Positions 1-10,400 of a DNA stretch of 64,000 nt are shown here, piece by piece; position 1 is the first letter of the stretch, and each line of letters begins with the position of its first letter. The translations under genes were made by a program, and so were the position numbers. The notes beneath the pieces are model-generated. The model did no database searches. It was not told where the DNA came from and saw only the letters and a list, made by a program, of their open reading frames with translations. Source of the stretch: a virus. The stretch is taken from IMG/VR virus record IMGVR_UViG_3300025117_000032; one strand, given 5' to 3'.

Positions 1-122
1 ATAGCTTCCATCGCTTCTGCTTTTCCATCATCAAACCCTTCTTTGTATGCCTCATCAATTGCGTTTTCAATCGAATCTTGATCATCATAATTGACATTTG
101 GGTAACTGTAATACCTTCCCAT
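1..122 (-). CDS. hypothetical protein (partial, runs off window)
   Basis: ATG at 122 just after upstream stop; open frame MGRYYSYPNVNYDDQDSIENAIDEAYKEGFDDG... to window edge. Confidence 0.5.
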   Translation of the reverse strand, partial: MGRYYSYPNVNYDDQDSIENAIDEAYKEGFDDGKAEAMEA

Positions 123-123
123 T

Positions 124-930
124 TCAAACCACCTTTCGTTTGTATTCCTTTAGCACAGACCGAATCTTGCTCCACGATACATTAAACTCTACAGAAATTT
201 TTCTGTATGATAATCCCCCCTCCCTCAATACCAACATTCTTTCCATTTCCAATTCTGTAAACACAATTGTTCTTGATTTTATTAAGTTCTCAATATGTCT
301 TGAGGATTTTTTCTTTCCAATCAAAGAATCACTAATTTTTTTTCGTTCTTCATTTGATGTAAATCTTCTTTTTGCAGAAATAGATGCAGATTGTTTAAAT
401 TTTTCCAAATTTTCGGGTGTTATTTCTGCCCAGCGTTTTATTTGGGCTACCCTCATGTTTTGTTTTGCTTCGTCTGTCATCTTTTTTCCAGTATTCGCTA
501 AAGTTAATCTCTCCCCAAACGATTTTGGATATTTCATTCCAATATGGGATCGACTAATTTTTTTCTTTGTTTCTAATGATGGGTTTATGGTTCCATTTTT
601 TCTTTTTGTTTCCAAAATTTTACCAATGGTTTCCCGAGTCATTTTTCCAACTCTACCACCATGATCGTTATTATATCCAGACGCATATGAACCAAACTCG
701 CCAACATATTTCTGTTCCAATATATTCAATTCTTCTCTTGTTTTCCCACTACATAAAACTTTCCAAGTGAAATTGTTTTCCCCATATTTCCTAATTGCAC
801 AATGAAATGTTGCAGTTGACCCGTTTTTTGCAGATCTAAGGTGCTGTTTTTTTCTAATATCCAACTCAAATTTTGTTTGACCAATATATTGTTTTCCATT
901 AATTAAATTTTCCGCTATATAAATAATCAT
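124..930 (-). CDS. GIY-YIG homing endonuclease with NUMOD3-like repeats
   Basis: N-terminal IIYIAENLINGKQYIGQT...F..AIRKYG..NF...GYN; repeated ETKKKIS / EAKQNM / EERKKIS motifs; GGAGG RBS. Confidence 0.88.
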   Translation of the reverse strand: MIIYIAENLINGKQYIGQTKFELDIRKKQHLRSAKNGSTATFHCAIRKYGENNFTWKVLCSGKTREELNILEQKYVGEFGSYASGYNNDHGGRVGKMTRETIGKILETKRKNGTINPSLETKKKISRSHIGMKYPKSFGERLTLANTGKKMTDEAKQNMRVAQIKRWAEITPENLEKFKQSASISAKRRFTSNEERKKISDSLIGKKKSSRHIENLIKSRTIVFTELEMERMLVLREGGLSYRKISVEFNVSWSKIRSVLKEYKRKVV

Positions 931-953
931 GACTTACCTCCAAAAAATAAATA

Positions 954-3422
954 TCACGAAGTCATGGTTTTATATTCATCAAGTATCGGTTTTATATAAC
1001 TAATATGAGAAAATTCTTTTAATGGCGTGAACACCTGTTTATCAAACACCAAATCATAGTCAATCTCAAAGACATCCTTCCTCTCATCAATTAAGTGTAG
1101 GTCTTCCTGCAACAAACAAATTGCCGTTGTCCTCAACCTTGGTTTTTTATCATCTTCAACCTTGGATCTTATGTAGAACATCAATGGGATATCCCTGTAT
1201 GTAATATTTGTTCCAAGATGTTCATTGGCAAACTTAGCACCCTTTACATGCTGGGGTTTGTTCTTAAATTTATCAAACGGCATCCCAAATTTCTTGAAGA
1301 TACCCAATGATTCTGGTGGCAAGGTTTCTATCTCTTGTCTTAAGTCAACCAAGGTTTGGGTTGTCAAATTTCCCCTGACAACCAATTCAGTTATCTCGTT
1401 CATCCTTGCTCTCAAGAATTTTGGTGTATCCTTTCGTATGATGTTCAACCCATGAATGTACTTCTTTCCGCTTTCACGTTCTATTCCATAGTACCTCTTC
1501 TTTGAATCCCCAAAATAGATAACCTCAAGATCCTTTTCATATTCAAGTTCCATCATTTCATATTCGGGTAGGGGATATTTGTTGTACCTTGGAATAAAGA
1601 CCTTTTTGAGCGTCTTATTGAAAATCTCCACCCAAGATCCTATGTCTTCATTCGATCTCCCAGATTGTTTAAAAAATGATGAGTCAGTGTCGGCATATAT
1701 GACTTCAAACCCATCCTGATTGAGATTATCCATTGCATAATTCAAAGCTCTCCTAGCAAAGAATGTTATGGCATCTGCAACCTCAATCTTATACAGTCTA
1801 AAAAACCTAAAACCAAAGGTTCCATAGGCAGAGTTCAAAATGATTTTCAATGCATACTGGTGCTTGTCTAGCGCATTAAGTTTAACAGGATCCTCTTCTG
1901 TTTTCATCAATTTCTTTATGCGTCTACGTTCCCCATACATCTCTTTCAGGATCTTTGGGAGTACCCCAACCCTATTTGTGTGGGCATAAAACAGATACCG
2001 TTTTCCAACCAACTCATCACTGTATCCAGTATCAACATACTTCACCTTTTTCTTGTCAAGCCTTTCGATAATCTGTTCAATGGTATACCCATTTTCTTCT
2101 GCCTGTGCTTGCGAACAGATAAAGGTTTCCGGCGACAAATTGAAACTCATAACTGTTGTTGGGTATAGTGATGCATAGTCAACCAAACCAATGTCACTAT
2201 ACAACCCCGGTTTTGGATCCAAAACAATGGCACCCATGTAACTTTCTTTTTCAGATGGGTTTTTGGTTGGCAAAACCACTTGCCCACTACATTGCGACAT
2301 GATATAGCTGTCCACAATTGAAGACTCGTTCATTGCGCTGTCAAGCGTTGTAATATTTGTCATTTTCTGGACCAAACAGAACAGGTTGAATATTCCTAAC
2401 CTATCATCAATTTCCTTTAGAATCTCAACATCCCTAAACCCATATCGAATAAACCCTGGATAATCATCTTTCCAGTTTTTCCAAGTTACCTCTGTTAACT
2501 TTTCTATATCTGGATCCTCAATTATCTCAACTGCTGCCGTAGCTAATTTGTTGTTGGATAAATTGTAGTTCATCTTTTCACTGACAGCAATCAACATATC
2601 AATGTGATCAAGCCCAACCGTGTATGTTGCCCATTGTTGATCCCTTGGTTTCTTGTAACAGTTAACCAATCGGTCAACCATCCCACCACTCTCCCTTATG
2701 GTGTTATACATAGGAGACATTTGGTTGTAATCAATGTGCAAAAGCTTACAACGATTCACAATGTATGGAAGATCAAATTGAGAAGACCACCAACCTGTTA
2801 CAACATCAACGCTGTAGTCTTCTAGGAAAGCAAAAAACGAGAGGATAACATCTTCCTCATCCTTGCAAAAGACAATTATCTTATCCCCAGACTCTTCAAT
2901 CTTTGTTTCCTTAAGGTTTTCAGTTTCGGTTTCATGCCATGTGAACATGACATATTTTTTTTCACCGGATAGATATCCTTGAATGGAAGTGATCGGTGCC
3001 TTTGGATTGTCTGGACCCATAAATGTAACATCGTCTGTGAATGTTTCAATGTCAAAATAGAAGATGTTTCTATCCTTGGCATCTGCCCATTCAAACTTTG
3101 TTGTCATAAGGTACTTGAACTCTGGTCGAATATCCGATTCGTATATGTAACCTGGATAGAGTTCTGCTAGAGATAGTTTTTCCCGAATGCTTGTGTATTC
3201 TACCTTAACAACGTTCTTGCCGAAGATAGACTTATACCCAACCGATTCTGGTATTTCCATTCTAGGAAACCTGTCTAAATTTCCAACCTGGGATTCATCA
3301 AAGTAGAACCAATCCCTAAATTCGGATTTCAGATGAACCCGCTCACCGGAATCTGACACACCGAACCTATGGATAACCCAATCGCCGTAGGAAAATTCAG
3401 AACACACCCTTGTTAACTTCAT
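954..3422 (-). CDS. family B DNA polymerase (T4 gp43-like)
   Basis: ExoI FDIET, ExoII FDLPYI, motif A DYASLYP, motif B KIILNSAYG, motif C YADTDS, KKRY. Confidence 0.96.
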   Translation of the reverse strand: MKLTRVCSEFSYGDWVIHRFGVSDSGERVHLKSEFRDWFYFDESQVGNLDRFPRMEIPESVGYKSIFGKNVVKVEYTSIREKLSLAELYPGYIYESDIRPEFKYLMTTKFEWADAKDRNIFYFDIETFTDDVTFMGPDNPKAPITSIQGYLSGEKKYVMFTWHETETENLKETKIEESGDKIIVFCKDEEDVILSFFAFLEDYSVDVVTGWWSSQFDLPYIVNRCKLLHIDYNQMSPMYNTIRESGGMVDRLVNCYKKPRDQQWATYTVGLDHIDMLIAVSEKMNYNLSNNKLATAAVEIIEDPDIEKLTEVTWKNWKDDYPGFIRYGFRDVEILKEIDDRLGIFNLFCLVQKMTNITTLDSAMNESSIVDSYIMSQCSGQVVLPTKNPSEKESYMGAIVLDPKPGLYSDIGLVDYASLYPTTVMSFNLSPETFICSQAQAEENGYTIEQIIERLDKKKVKYVDTGYSDELVGKRYLFYAHTNRVGVLPKILKEMYGERRRIKKLMKTEEDPVKLNALDKHQYALKIILNSAYGTFGFRFFRLYKIEVADAITFFARRALNYAMDNLNQDGFEVIYADTDSSFFKQSGRSNEDIGSWVEIFNKTLKKVFIPRYNKYPLPEYEMMELEYEKDLEVIYFGDSKKRYYGIERESGKKYIHGLNIIRKDTPKFLRARMNEITELVVRGNLTTQTLVDLRQEIETLPPESLGIFKKFGMPFDKFKNKPQHVKGAKFANEHLGTNITYRDIPLMFYIRSKVEDDKKPRLRTTAICLLQEDLHLIDERKDVFEIDYDLVFDKQVFTPLKEFSHISYIKPILDEYKTMTS

Positions 3423-3783
3423 TGATTTCCCTCATCCACTCTATTGCACCACAAGTTGGGCAAATGTGTTTGTGCCTATCTTTTCCACGGAACAAATTTG
3501 TATGATCATATTTCATTTTTCCCTTACGGCAAACCAAGCAATACTTCAAAACATTTGTGAGTCGATAGTAGTCAAGACGTTGATCATCTTTCACCCAGGA
3601 CATGGAAACCCATTTTTCTTTTGTCCCCCTTACTGTGAAGAAATCAGTTGTGAAATATCCACCCTCAATCCAGCCCACTGTTTTCCACCACTTACGTTCT
3701 GGCCCAATTTTTTTGGGAAGCCAAAGAAACTTTCTCTTCAGCTTCCTCTTGTGGTTTGGGTATATGGTTTGTTTCATTTTCAA
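3397..3783 (-). CDS. hypothetical protein with C-terminal Zn ribbon
   Basis: CLVC...CPTC; overlaps neighbours in operon. Confidence 0.6.
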   Translation of the reverse strand: MKMKQTIYPNHKRKLKRKFLWLPKKIGPERKWWKTVGWIEGGYFTTDFFTVRGTKEKWVSMSWVKDDQRLDYYRLTNVLKYCLVCRKGKMKYDHTNLFRGKDRHKHICPTCGAIEWMREINEVNKGVF

Positions 3784-4502
3784 ACCCCTTGCTTTCCAAT
3801 CTTGTTTCCATCATCATTGTCTTCTTCCCTCAAGCATGATGTTGAGATAGACATATTATCAAATGCACTTCTAGTGCCAACAGCATCGGCAGCATAACAC
3901 CATGTAAATGATGGATTAAAACCATATGCACGACTTGTGGCAAAGGCATCTTGGTTAGCTGCCAAGAAAACGAATTCCCAATTATGGCAAGACCTTTGGT
4001 GACTCACCATATCGTTTATCTTTTGGGTTGTGAATTCCTTTGAACAGTTCTCTTGCCCATCGGTAAGTATAGCACAGATAACCCTTGGTCTGCAACAATT
4101 ATGTTCCCCCGATCTATGCGAATCATAGTGGTAAGTTTCCTCTTCAACTTTCTTGTTAACCATGTTGATCGTCCTACCAATAGCATCATTCAAAGCAGTC
4201 ATACCCCTTGGAACAAACGATGCATTGGTTAGTTCTCTTGCCTCTCGAATGGGTACATGATTGTAAACACACTCATACTGGTCGTCAAATTGAATCATGG
4301 TAAGATATGCATTGCCCCCCATTTCTTTTTGCTGCCTCAAAAATTCATTGAACCCACCAATGGCATCCGAACGAATGTCAGACATACTCCCAGACCGATC
4401 CAAGATAACCACGATTTCTACAAACTTCTCTTTCATTTTCTTCTCTCTTTCCTGTTCACACCAACAATCATACCAATTTCCCCATTGATCTTCATAACTC
4501 AT
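3780..4502 (-). CDS. von Willebrand factor A (VWA) domain protein
   Basis: MIDAS motif ILDRSGSM, GMTALNDAIG, ILTDGQEN. Confidence 0.9.
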   Translation of the reverse strand: MSYEDQWGNWYDCWCEQEREKKMKEKFVEIVVILDRSGSMSDIRSDAIGGFNEFLRQQKEMGGNAYLTMIQFDDQYECVYNHVPIREARELTNASFVPRGMTALNDAIGRTINMVNKKVEEETYHYDSHRSGEHNCCRPRVICAILTDGQENCSKEFTTQKINDMVSHQRSCHNWEFVFLAANQDAFATSRAYGFNPSFTWCYAADAVGTRSAFDNMSISTSCLREEDNDDGNKIGKQGV

Positions 4503-4915
4503 GTCCCTGTACTCCCAAATTTTCCCTCACCCCTTGGAGTATCATCTAGCTCTTCAACCAAATCTGGTAAACCAACCCAACATGGCACAACAACTAGCTG
4601 TGCAATCTTCTCACCAATTTTGTAGGTAAAGGGAAGCTCTCCATTGTTGAACATATGAACCAACAGTTCACCCCTATAACCAGAATCAATAACACAAGCA
4701 CCTATTGTAAGCTTATCTTTTGTTGCCCTGCCAGATTTCTCTTTGACAACCCCAACATAACCCTCTTGAATAGCCACCGCTATTCCTGTTCTCACAACCG
4801 CATCTTTACCAGGATGAATACAACCATTGCTTATCGTGTAAAGATCCAACCCAGCGTCACTTGGATGCGCTCTTGTTGGAACGATAGCACCATCTACCAA
4901 TTTCTTGACCAGCAT
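4499..4915 (-). CDS. dut: trimeric dUTPase
   Basis: DAGLDL, KSG, VIDSGYRGE, IAQLV, RGEGKFGSTG. Confidence 0.96.
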   Translation of the reverse strand: MLVKKLVDGAIVPTRAHPSDAGLDLYTISNGCIHPGKDAVVRTGIAVAIQEGYVGVVKEKSGRATKDKLTIGACVIDSGYRGELLVHMFNNGELPFTYKIGEKIAQLVVVPCWVGLPDLVEELDDTPRGEGKFGSTGT

Positions 4916-4934
4916 AGAACCCCCTTGTTTGGTA

Positions 4935-4963
4935 ATGTTACACTATTTCAGCATAGATGTAAA
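4935..4963 (-). promoter_or_regulatory. sigma70-type promoter upstream of dut
   Basis: TTTACA-17 nt-TAACAT. Confidence 0.4.
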
Positions 4964-5097
4964 GGTTTTCCTTCACTATTTACCACAAAAAATGCGGAAG
5001 CCTTTTCACCGCACCAGCATTTCATGTTTTTTTCTAGTAAGACATCTCCAACAGGTATGATTATAAGACGTTTACACTTTGGACACAAATACATCAT
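4948..5097 (-). CDS. small Zn-finger-like protein (49 aa, below ORF-track cutoff)
   Basis: MMYLCPKCKRLII...KCWCGEK...; fills gap between genes. Confidence 0.5.
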   Translation of the reverse strand: MMYLCPKCKRLIIIPVGDVLLEKNMKCWCGEKASAFFVVNSEGKPLHLC

Positions 5098-5166
5098 TTA
5101 CTTTTTCTTCCGATCAGCATATCTCCGTATGCGGGTTAATCGTTATTTATTGGTTACTTTTCCAAC

Positions 5167-6054
5167 CTATATTTGCACAACCAAGTCAGTCTTTTTTGGT
5201 ATTGGATATCTTAGACCATCGTGTTTGTATGTGGTGGGTCCAGATTTAACAAGGACTATATCGTCACCTTCATCTGGGTATCTAAACTTATCCCCAACCT
5301 TCAACTTTGAAAATGGAACTGTATCATTTTTCTCAACACCCTCTTTGACTGTTTCAGCAAGGTTCTTACCCCTTCGCATACGGTAAGCAACCCGTTCTTT
5401 GACTGTCCTATAGCTCTTATCCAAGGCCACAACACTTATGTAGGGTTTCCCATCTTCCTCATTCAACTCACTGGAAACATGCACCCCAACATAGAAACCA
5501 GCATCCTCGTATACAAGGTAAGCACCTTTTAACAACTTCTTACCCTTCTTGAAATTTCCATCTCTTTCAAGTTTGATGTTGTTCTTAAGATCCTTGGACA
5601 ATCTTGGATCTGTATAATGCAATTGGGTTATCCTCTTCAATGAGGGATAATGCGCCTTGAATGATTCGTTTACATCTATTCTTTTCATGCTGCTTACCTT
5701 TCTTTCGGTCAATAGTTTACCATAGAACTCTCTTTTTTCTCTTACGCTGGGCTTCCTCAAGCTTGCCCGCATATACTTTCGATACCCTTTACCAACTGCA
5801 TACCAAGCTGTTTTCTTGACAATGTTGTAAAACTCTTCGCCATCCACACCTGGAAACGTCCTTATTAACGTCCTTAGTCTTTTTATGTACCATTTTGATA
5901 AATAGTTGGTATTTATCCCCTCTATGTATCTTTCTCCATCATCATAGAACACCAGGAGCAATGGTGATTTATCGTTTTTCCACCCACCAACCTGTCCAGG
6001 TCTTTGTTTCTTGCCATAAACAAACGACAATATTGATCCGAATTTGTAGCTCAT
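5167..6054 (-). CDS. putative T4 gp2-like DNA end-protector domain protein with C-terminal extension
   Basis: F.YG...D..PLLLVF...EGINTNYL...YRKY pattern; paralog of 6051..6644. Confidence 0.45.
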   Translation of the reverse strand: MSYKFGSILSFVYGKKQRPGQVGGWKNDKSPLLLVFYDDGERYIEGINTNYLSKWYIKRLRTLIRTFPGVDGEEFYNIVKKTAWYAVGKGYRKYMRASLRKPSVREKREFYGKLLTERKVSSMKRIDVNESFKAHYPSLKRITQLHYTDPRLSKDLKNNIKLERDGNFKKGKKLLKGAYLVYEDAGFYVGVHVSSELNEEDGKPYISVVALDKSYRTVKERVAYRMRRGKNLAETVKEGVEKNDTVPFSKLKVGDKFRYPDEGDDIVLVKSGPTTYKHDGLRYPIPKKTDLVVQI

Positions 6055-6644
6055 GTTTCTTTTTTATCCTGTATCTTCTCAACTAAGTTTTGGTTTTCTA
6101 CGTTATAGTATATGTATGTAAATATATTTCGAAAGCTCGAACGAACATACTTTCTGTATCCCTTGGTTATCGCAAACCTAGCTGTCCTCCTAAGGATATG
6201 GTAGAACTCTTCCCCATCAATACCAGGAAACCGTTTCATGATTAGCTTTAACTTGTGAACATAAAACCCAGACAAGTAATTCATATTGATACCCTCAATA
6301 CGATCCTTTGGCATATCATCCCAGAACACCAATAGGTTTGGTTTCCGGTCCACCTTCCAACCACCGATCTGTCCTTGAACTTGCTTGTTTCCATATACAA
6401 ATTCAAGGACTGTTCCATACGGAATTTTTTTCACAATAGAGTATGACTTCCTAATCATACCTGGGGGGATTGGTCTTCTATATTTGATTGGAGCAAGCTC
6501 TGGTTTCTTGGCAAACTTACCCCTAACATCCCTGGCAACCTCTCCAGTGATGACAACCTTCTTGGTAAACTTACCCTTGACATCCCTAAATGAATGTTTG
6601 GCACGCTTTGGCTTGAATGCCTTATGTGGTTTTTTGGCTTTCAT
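6051..6644 (-). CDS. putative gp2-like protein with basic N-terminus
   Basis: FVYG...GGWK.D..PNLLVF...EGINMNYL...KGYRKY; RDVKGKF/RDVRGKF repeats. Confidence 0.45.
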   Translation of the reverse strand: MKAKKPHKAFKPKRAKHSFRDVKGKFTKKVVITGEVARDVRGKFAKKPELAPIKYRRPIPPGMIRKSYSIVKKIPYGTVLEFVYGNKQVQGQIGGWKVDRKPNLLVFWDDMPKDRIEGINMNYLSGFYVHKLKLIMKRFPGIDGEEFYHILRRTARFAITKGYRKYVRSSFRNIFTYIYYNVENQNLVEKIQDKKET

Positions 6645-6825
6645 TGAACCTCTTCACAATCTCATCCATGTATGCTTGTTGCATTTTTTCAGCAAACTCA
6701 TGGATTTTGTTCTTCCTATGGTTCAAGCTTTCTGCTCTTAGCTGGTGATTTTCTTTCTTCAATCGGTTCCTCTTTTGAGCTTTCTTTTGCTTGATCGCCA
6801 TTGAGTGTTTGTTCGGCTTTTTCAT
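6622..6825 (-). CDS. small basic hypothetical protein
   Basis: ORF with GGAGG RBS, overlapping neighbours. Confidence 0.5.
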   Translation of the reverse strand: MKKPNKHSMAIKQKKAQKRNRLKKENHQLRAESLNHRKNKIHEFAEKMQQAYMDEIVKRFNESQKTT

Positions 6826-7096
6826 TGTATACCTCCAACAACTTGTTAAAAACTTCCATGAACATCTCTGAAAAATTTATGTTGCCTAGATCCTCTAGCA
6901 CATACACACTAGGAATACTTATCTTCCGTTTGGTGTAGACTTCCCTCTTTACCTTGTCTGGTCTTTTTGCTGGCAAGGGTTCCCCTGGAAAATCTATGAC
7001 CTCATTCCCAGCATGAATGGTTGTGTACTTATCCGTATCAGACTCTAGTTCCTTTAGTTTAAGATGTTGGCTTCCTCCTAAAAATAGTACCTTCAT
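6716..7096 (-). CDS. hypothetical protein
   Basis: ORF coupled to upstream gene (ATGA overlap). Confidence 0.55.
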   Translation of the reverse strand: MKVLFLGGSQHLKLKELESDTDKYTTIHAGNEVIDFPGEPLPAKRPDKVKREVYTKRKISIPSVYVLEDLGNINFSEMFMEVFNKLLEVYNEKAEQTLNGDQAKESSKEEPIEERKSPAKSRKLEP

Positions 7097-7457
7097 TTTT
7101 CTCCCTCCAATTCAATCATCAATATCTTAGCGTGTTCCAAAATACTTTCACCCTCTGGAACGCAAAGTATTTCTCTTAACTCATACAAAATTTCTTCTGC
7201 ATCTTTTTGTGGTTCTACCATATCATTCCATGTAGGTACGATACCATTTCGCACAAAAAAATCATTTTCAAACATAATATCCTCCATTTCTGAATCGTCT
7301 TCTTCAAAGAGATCATCGTACTCTTTTTCGAAGTTTGGGTTATCTTCTAGGGCACACTCCCATGAACAATACCCCTCTGACAATGGGTGAAGACCACGAT
7401 TCCACCCACAACTACCACACCAATGAAACCCCTCCTACACCTTTTGCATTCACTCAT
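7093..7457 (-). CDS. Cys-rich Zn-binding protein split by a -1 frame change
   Basis: ATG 7457 with GAGGT RBS gives MSECKRCRRGF; -1 frame continues HWCGSCG...YCSWEC into ORF 7093..7383. Confidence 0.5.
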
Positions 7458-7459
7458 TT

Positions 7460-10400
7460 TTATACCTCACATGATCCTGTTTTGCACTCTTCATTAACAA
7501 CCTTAACCAAATCTTTGTTCTTAGCATACAACTCAACATTCTCTTCTGTTGTTGGTATGGCAACCAATGGTTCATTAGCTCTTGACCCAGCACGATACAA
7601 TGTCAACCCCTTCAAGCTATCGCTGTAATTCAATATCAACTCCATCAAATTATGGTAGTCATAGTCCTCTGGGAGATTTATGGTGTTGTGCGAAACTATC
7701 CCATCTATTAGGTATGAATGAGTATCTTCAACTGAAATATCCCACACCTGTTTAACTCCAACACATTCTATTGACACCACCTTTACACAAGTAACATTGG
7801 AATCATAACCACTATACCCAAGATTTTTCAAGGATTCTTCAACCATAAAACCACCACACAAATTCATGGACCTCTTAAAATTTCTTCTCTTATACGATTC
7901 AGTGGTTCCAACCCCAATTAATTCAACCAATTTTTCTCTATCTTCTTCCTTAACAAACCTCTGAATCCATTTTCTACCTCCACTTGGTAACTTGTGGCTT
8001 TCAATTGGAATTAAATCACAACCATCGTTATAATATATGGAAATTCCATAAGACTTATTTGATTTCAACCCGGTCTTAACTTTCTTTTCCCCAAAATAAT
8101 ATTGGTATCCCAACCCGGCACAAATAGAAATGCATTTCTCAGCTATGTCTTTTGAATACCCCTCATAAATCACAAGCTTTCCGGTGTCATTAATTTTGTA
8201 TCCATCTAAGGTTAAGCCCCTCAAAAAATGTTTCTTCACAAGATTATTTGAACACATAATTTCACCTGGGACCACCTTGTCTACACAATTAGAACCAAAT
8301 TTATCTCTGAAGTGTTTAACCATTACTCTTGAATTTATGTGGTGCGACTTAACACCAGATCTTTTGTCAACCGAAGTTTTCGGTTCTACCCCAAAACACT
8401 TAACAAAAAGGTTGTCAATCAATTCACCAACAATATGATTTTTTTCAACTATACCAACAGAGTTTTTATTTGTATATCCATCTGCTAACCACATACCAAG
8501 AAATAAGGCAAAATCTTCGTCCATATGCGTTGGGTAATCTTTTACCCAATTGTTTGGTCTATCAATTTTTTTGTATTCAAACAAATTATCGTTCAACATT
8601 GGCGTTGTATTATAAAACACCCTATCTCCAATATCTAAACTTGTTACCCCCTCCCATCCGTTTGGTGTTTTAAATTTGTGGTTAAGAGAACATTTTATTT
8701 CTCTTCCGTTAGAAAACTTAATAGAATAGCATTTTTTTCTTCCTCCATTATATACACTTACAACTTTTTTCATACAGCCATTTTCATCCAAAACCATAAT
8801 CCCATCATGTGGAGTGGTAAATGTATCTTTTGGAATGTTCTTTGTTTTTGCTATATCTTCTATTTTTATAGTGCCGAAATTTGTATTAATTAGCGTTCCT
8901 TCGATGACACATTTGCTTATTGCCTGATCAACATAATCCTGAATGGCTGCTTGAACCGCAATGTGTTCCTCTGGGGTTACATCATAAGCCCCAACGATAT
9001 GCTCCCATTTGTTTCCGCTATTAACAGCCCTTGCGAACATTGGGTCAACCACAATCTCTTCTGCTATGACATTATCAACTCTATACTTTCTCCTATACAT
9101 AGGTGAGAAGATTGGTTCAATCCCGCTAGACGTTCCGGCGATCATGGATATTGTCCCGGTTGGAGCTATGGAAAGAATAACAGCATTCCTTATCCCGTAC
9201 TTCTGTATGCTCTTCAAAATTCTAGTTGGTAGCTTCTTCACAAAGTTATTGTCTATGTATTTCTCATAGTTAAACTCTGGAAAAGACCCCTTGGTTTTTG
9301 CTGTATCTATACTTGCCTTGAATGCTTCGTTGCGTATGGTTGTGAACAACCTCTCTATGAACTCCAAAGACTCTTCCGATCCATATCTATACCCAAGCTT
9401 GATTAGCAAATGGTGAAGACCCATGACACCTAGACCTATTCTCCTAGACCTCTCTGCTACGATCTTTGTCTCTGGAGTTGGATAAACGTTCATGGTTAGT
9501 ACATTGTCCAACATCCTCACGGCAATCCCGATCACCTTTTCCAACAAAGACCAATTCACATCATCCGTGACTTCATCATACATCAACCCAAGGTTGATGC
9601 TTCCCAAGTTGCAGTTTCCATCATCGGGAAGCAAGGCTTCTGTACAATTTCTTGTTAACACCATACTATATTTGTTGTTTCCATTTTTATCAACTGTTGG
9701 ATTACCAATGCAGAAAAAATTATGGTGTTTTAGTACATTCCCGCAATATACATCTTCAACACCTATTTTTTCAACAGACACAACCCTATGGTTGTTTAAA
9801 CCATTTAAGTCTATATGATGAACACACTCATCTGGTCCAATTTTAACACCAGTTCTCAATTCTACTTGGATATTGTGCTCTGTTCTTCTATTACCACTAT
9901 GGGAAATCCAATTATAATATTGGGATTTTGGTTTATTCCAAAGTTTCTGTTTCCACATTGTCATTGAATGTATTGAATCGTTATTTTTCAATTGTATACA
10001 AGTTTTCTCTGATCCATCTTTCATTATGAATTTGTGTTTGTCATTTACATCTAAGTATGTTCCATCGGAAAATGAAACTCTATAGATGTCATTCATTTTT
10101 CCAGTTTTCCGTATGTTTTCCATTTTTGATATTGATAGACTTCCATTGTTGTCAACACAATATACGTCAGTATCCTCACCAATTTCTGATAATTCTGAAA
10201 TCTTAATTGGATCTCTCCCATCTGCAACGGCAACCAATGTATCCCCAACTACACATGGATTGCAACTGCTATACTCTTCAAAATACTTGGTTGCAAAATT
10301 GTTCTTTATGTTATCGACAAACAGGAACCCAGGTTCACCGGACTCAACTGCATTCTTGCAAATGGTATCCCACAACTCTTTGGCTTTGATGTTTGTCAGA

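Noticed and set aside
6598-6614. TTGGCACG sigma54-like half-site
   Set aside because: No correctly spaced -12 TTGC; isolated within coding sequence
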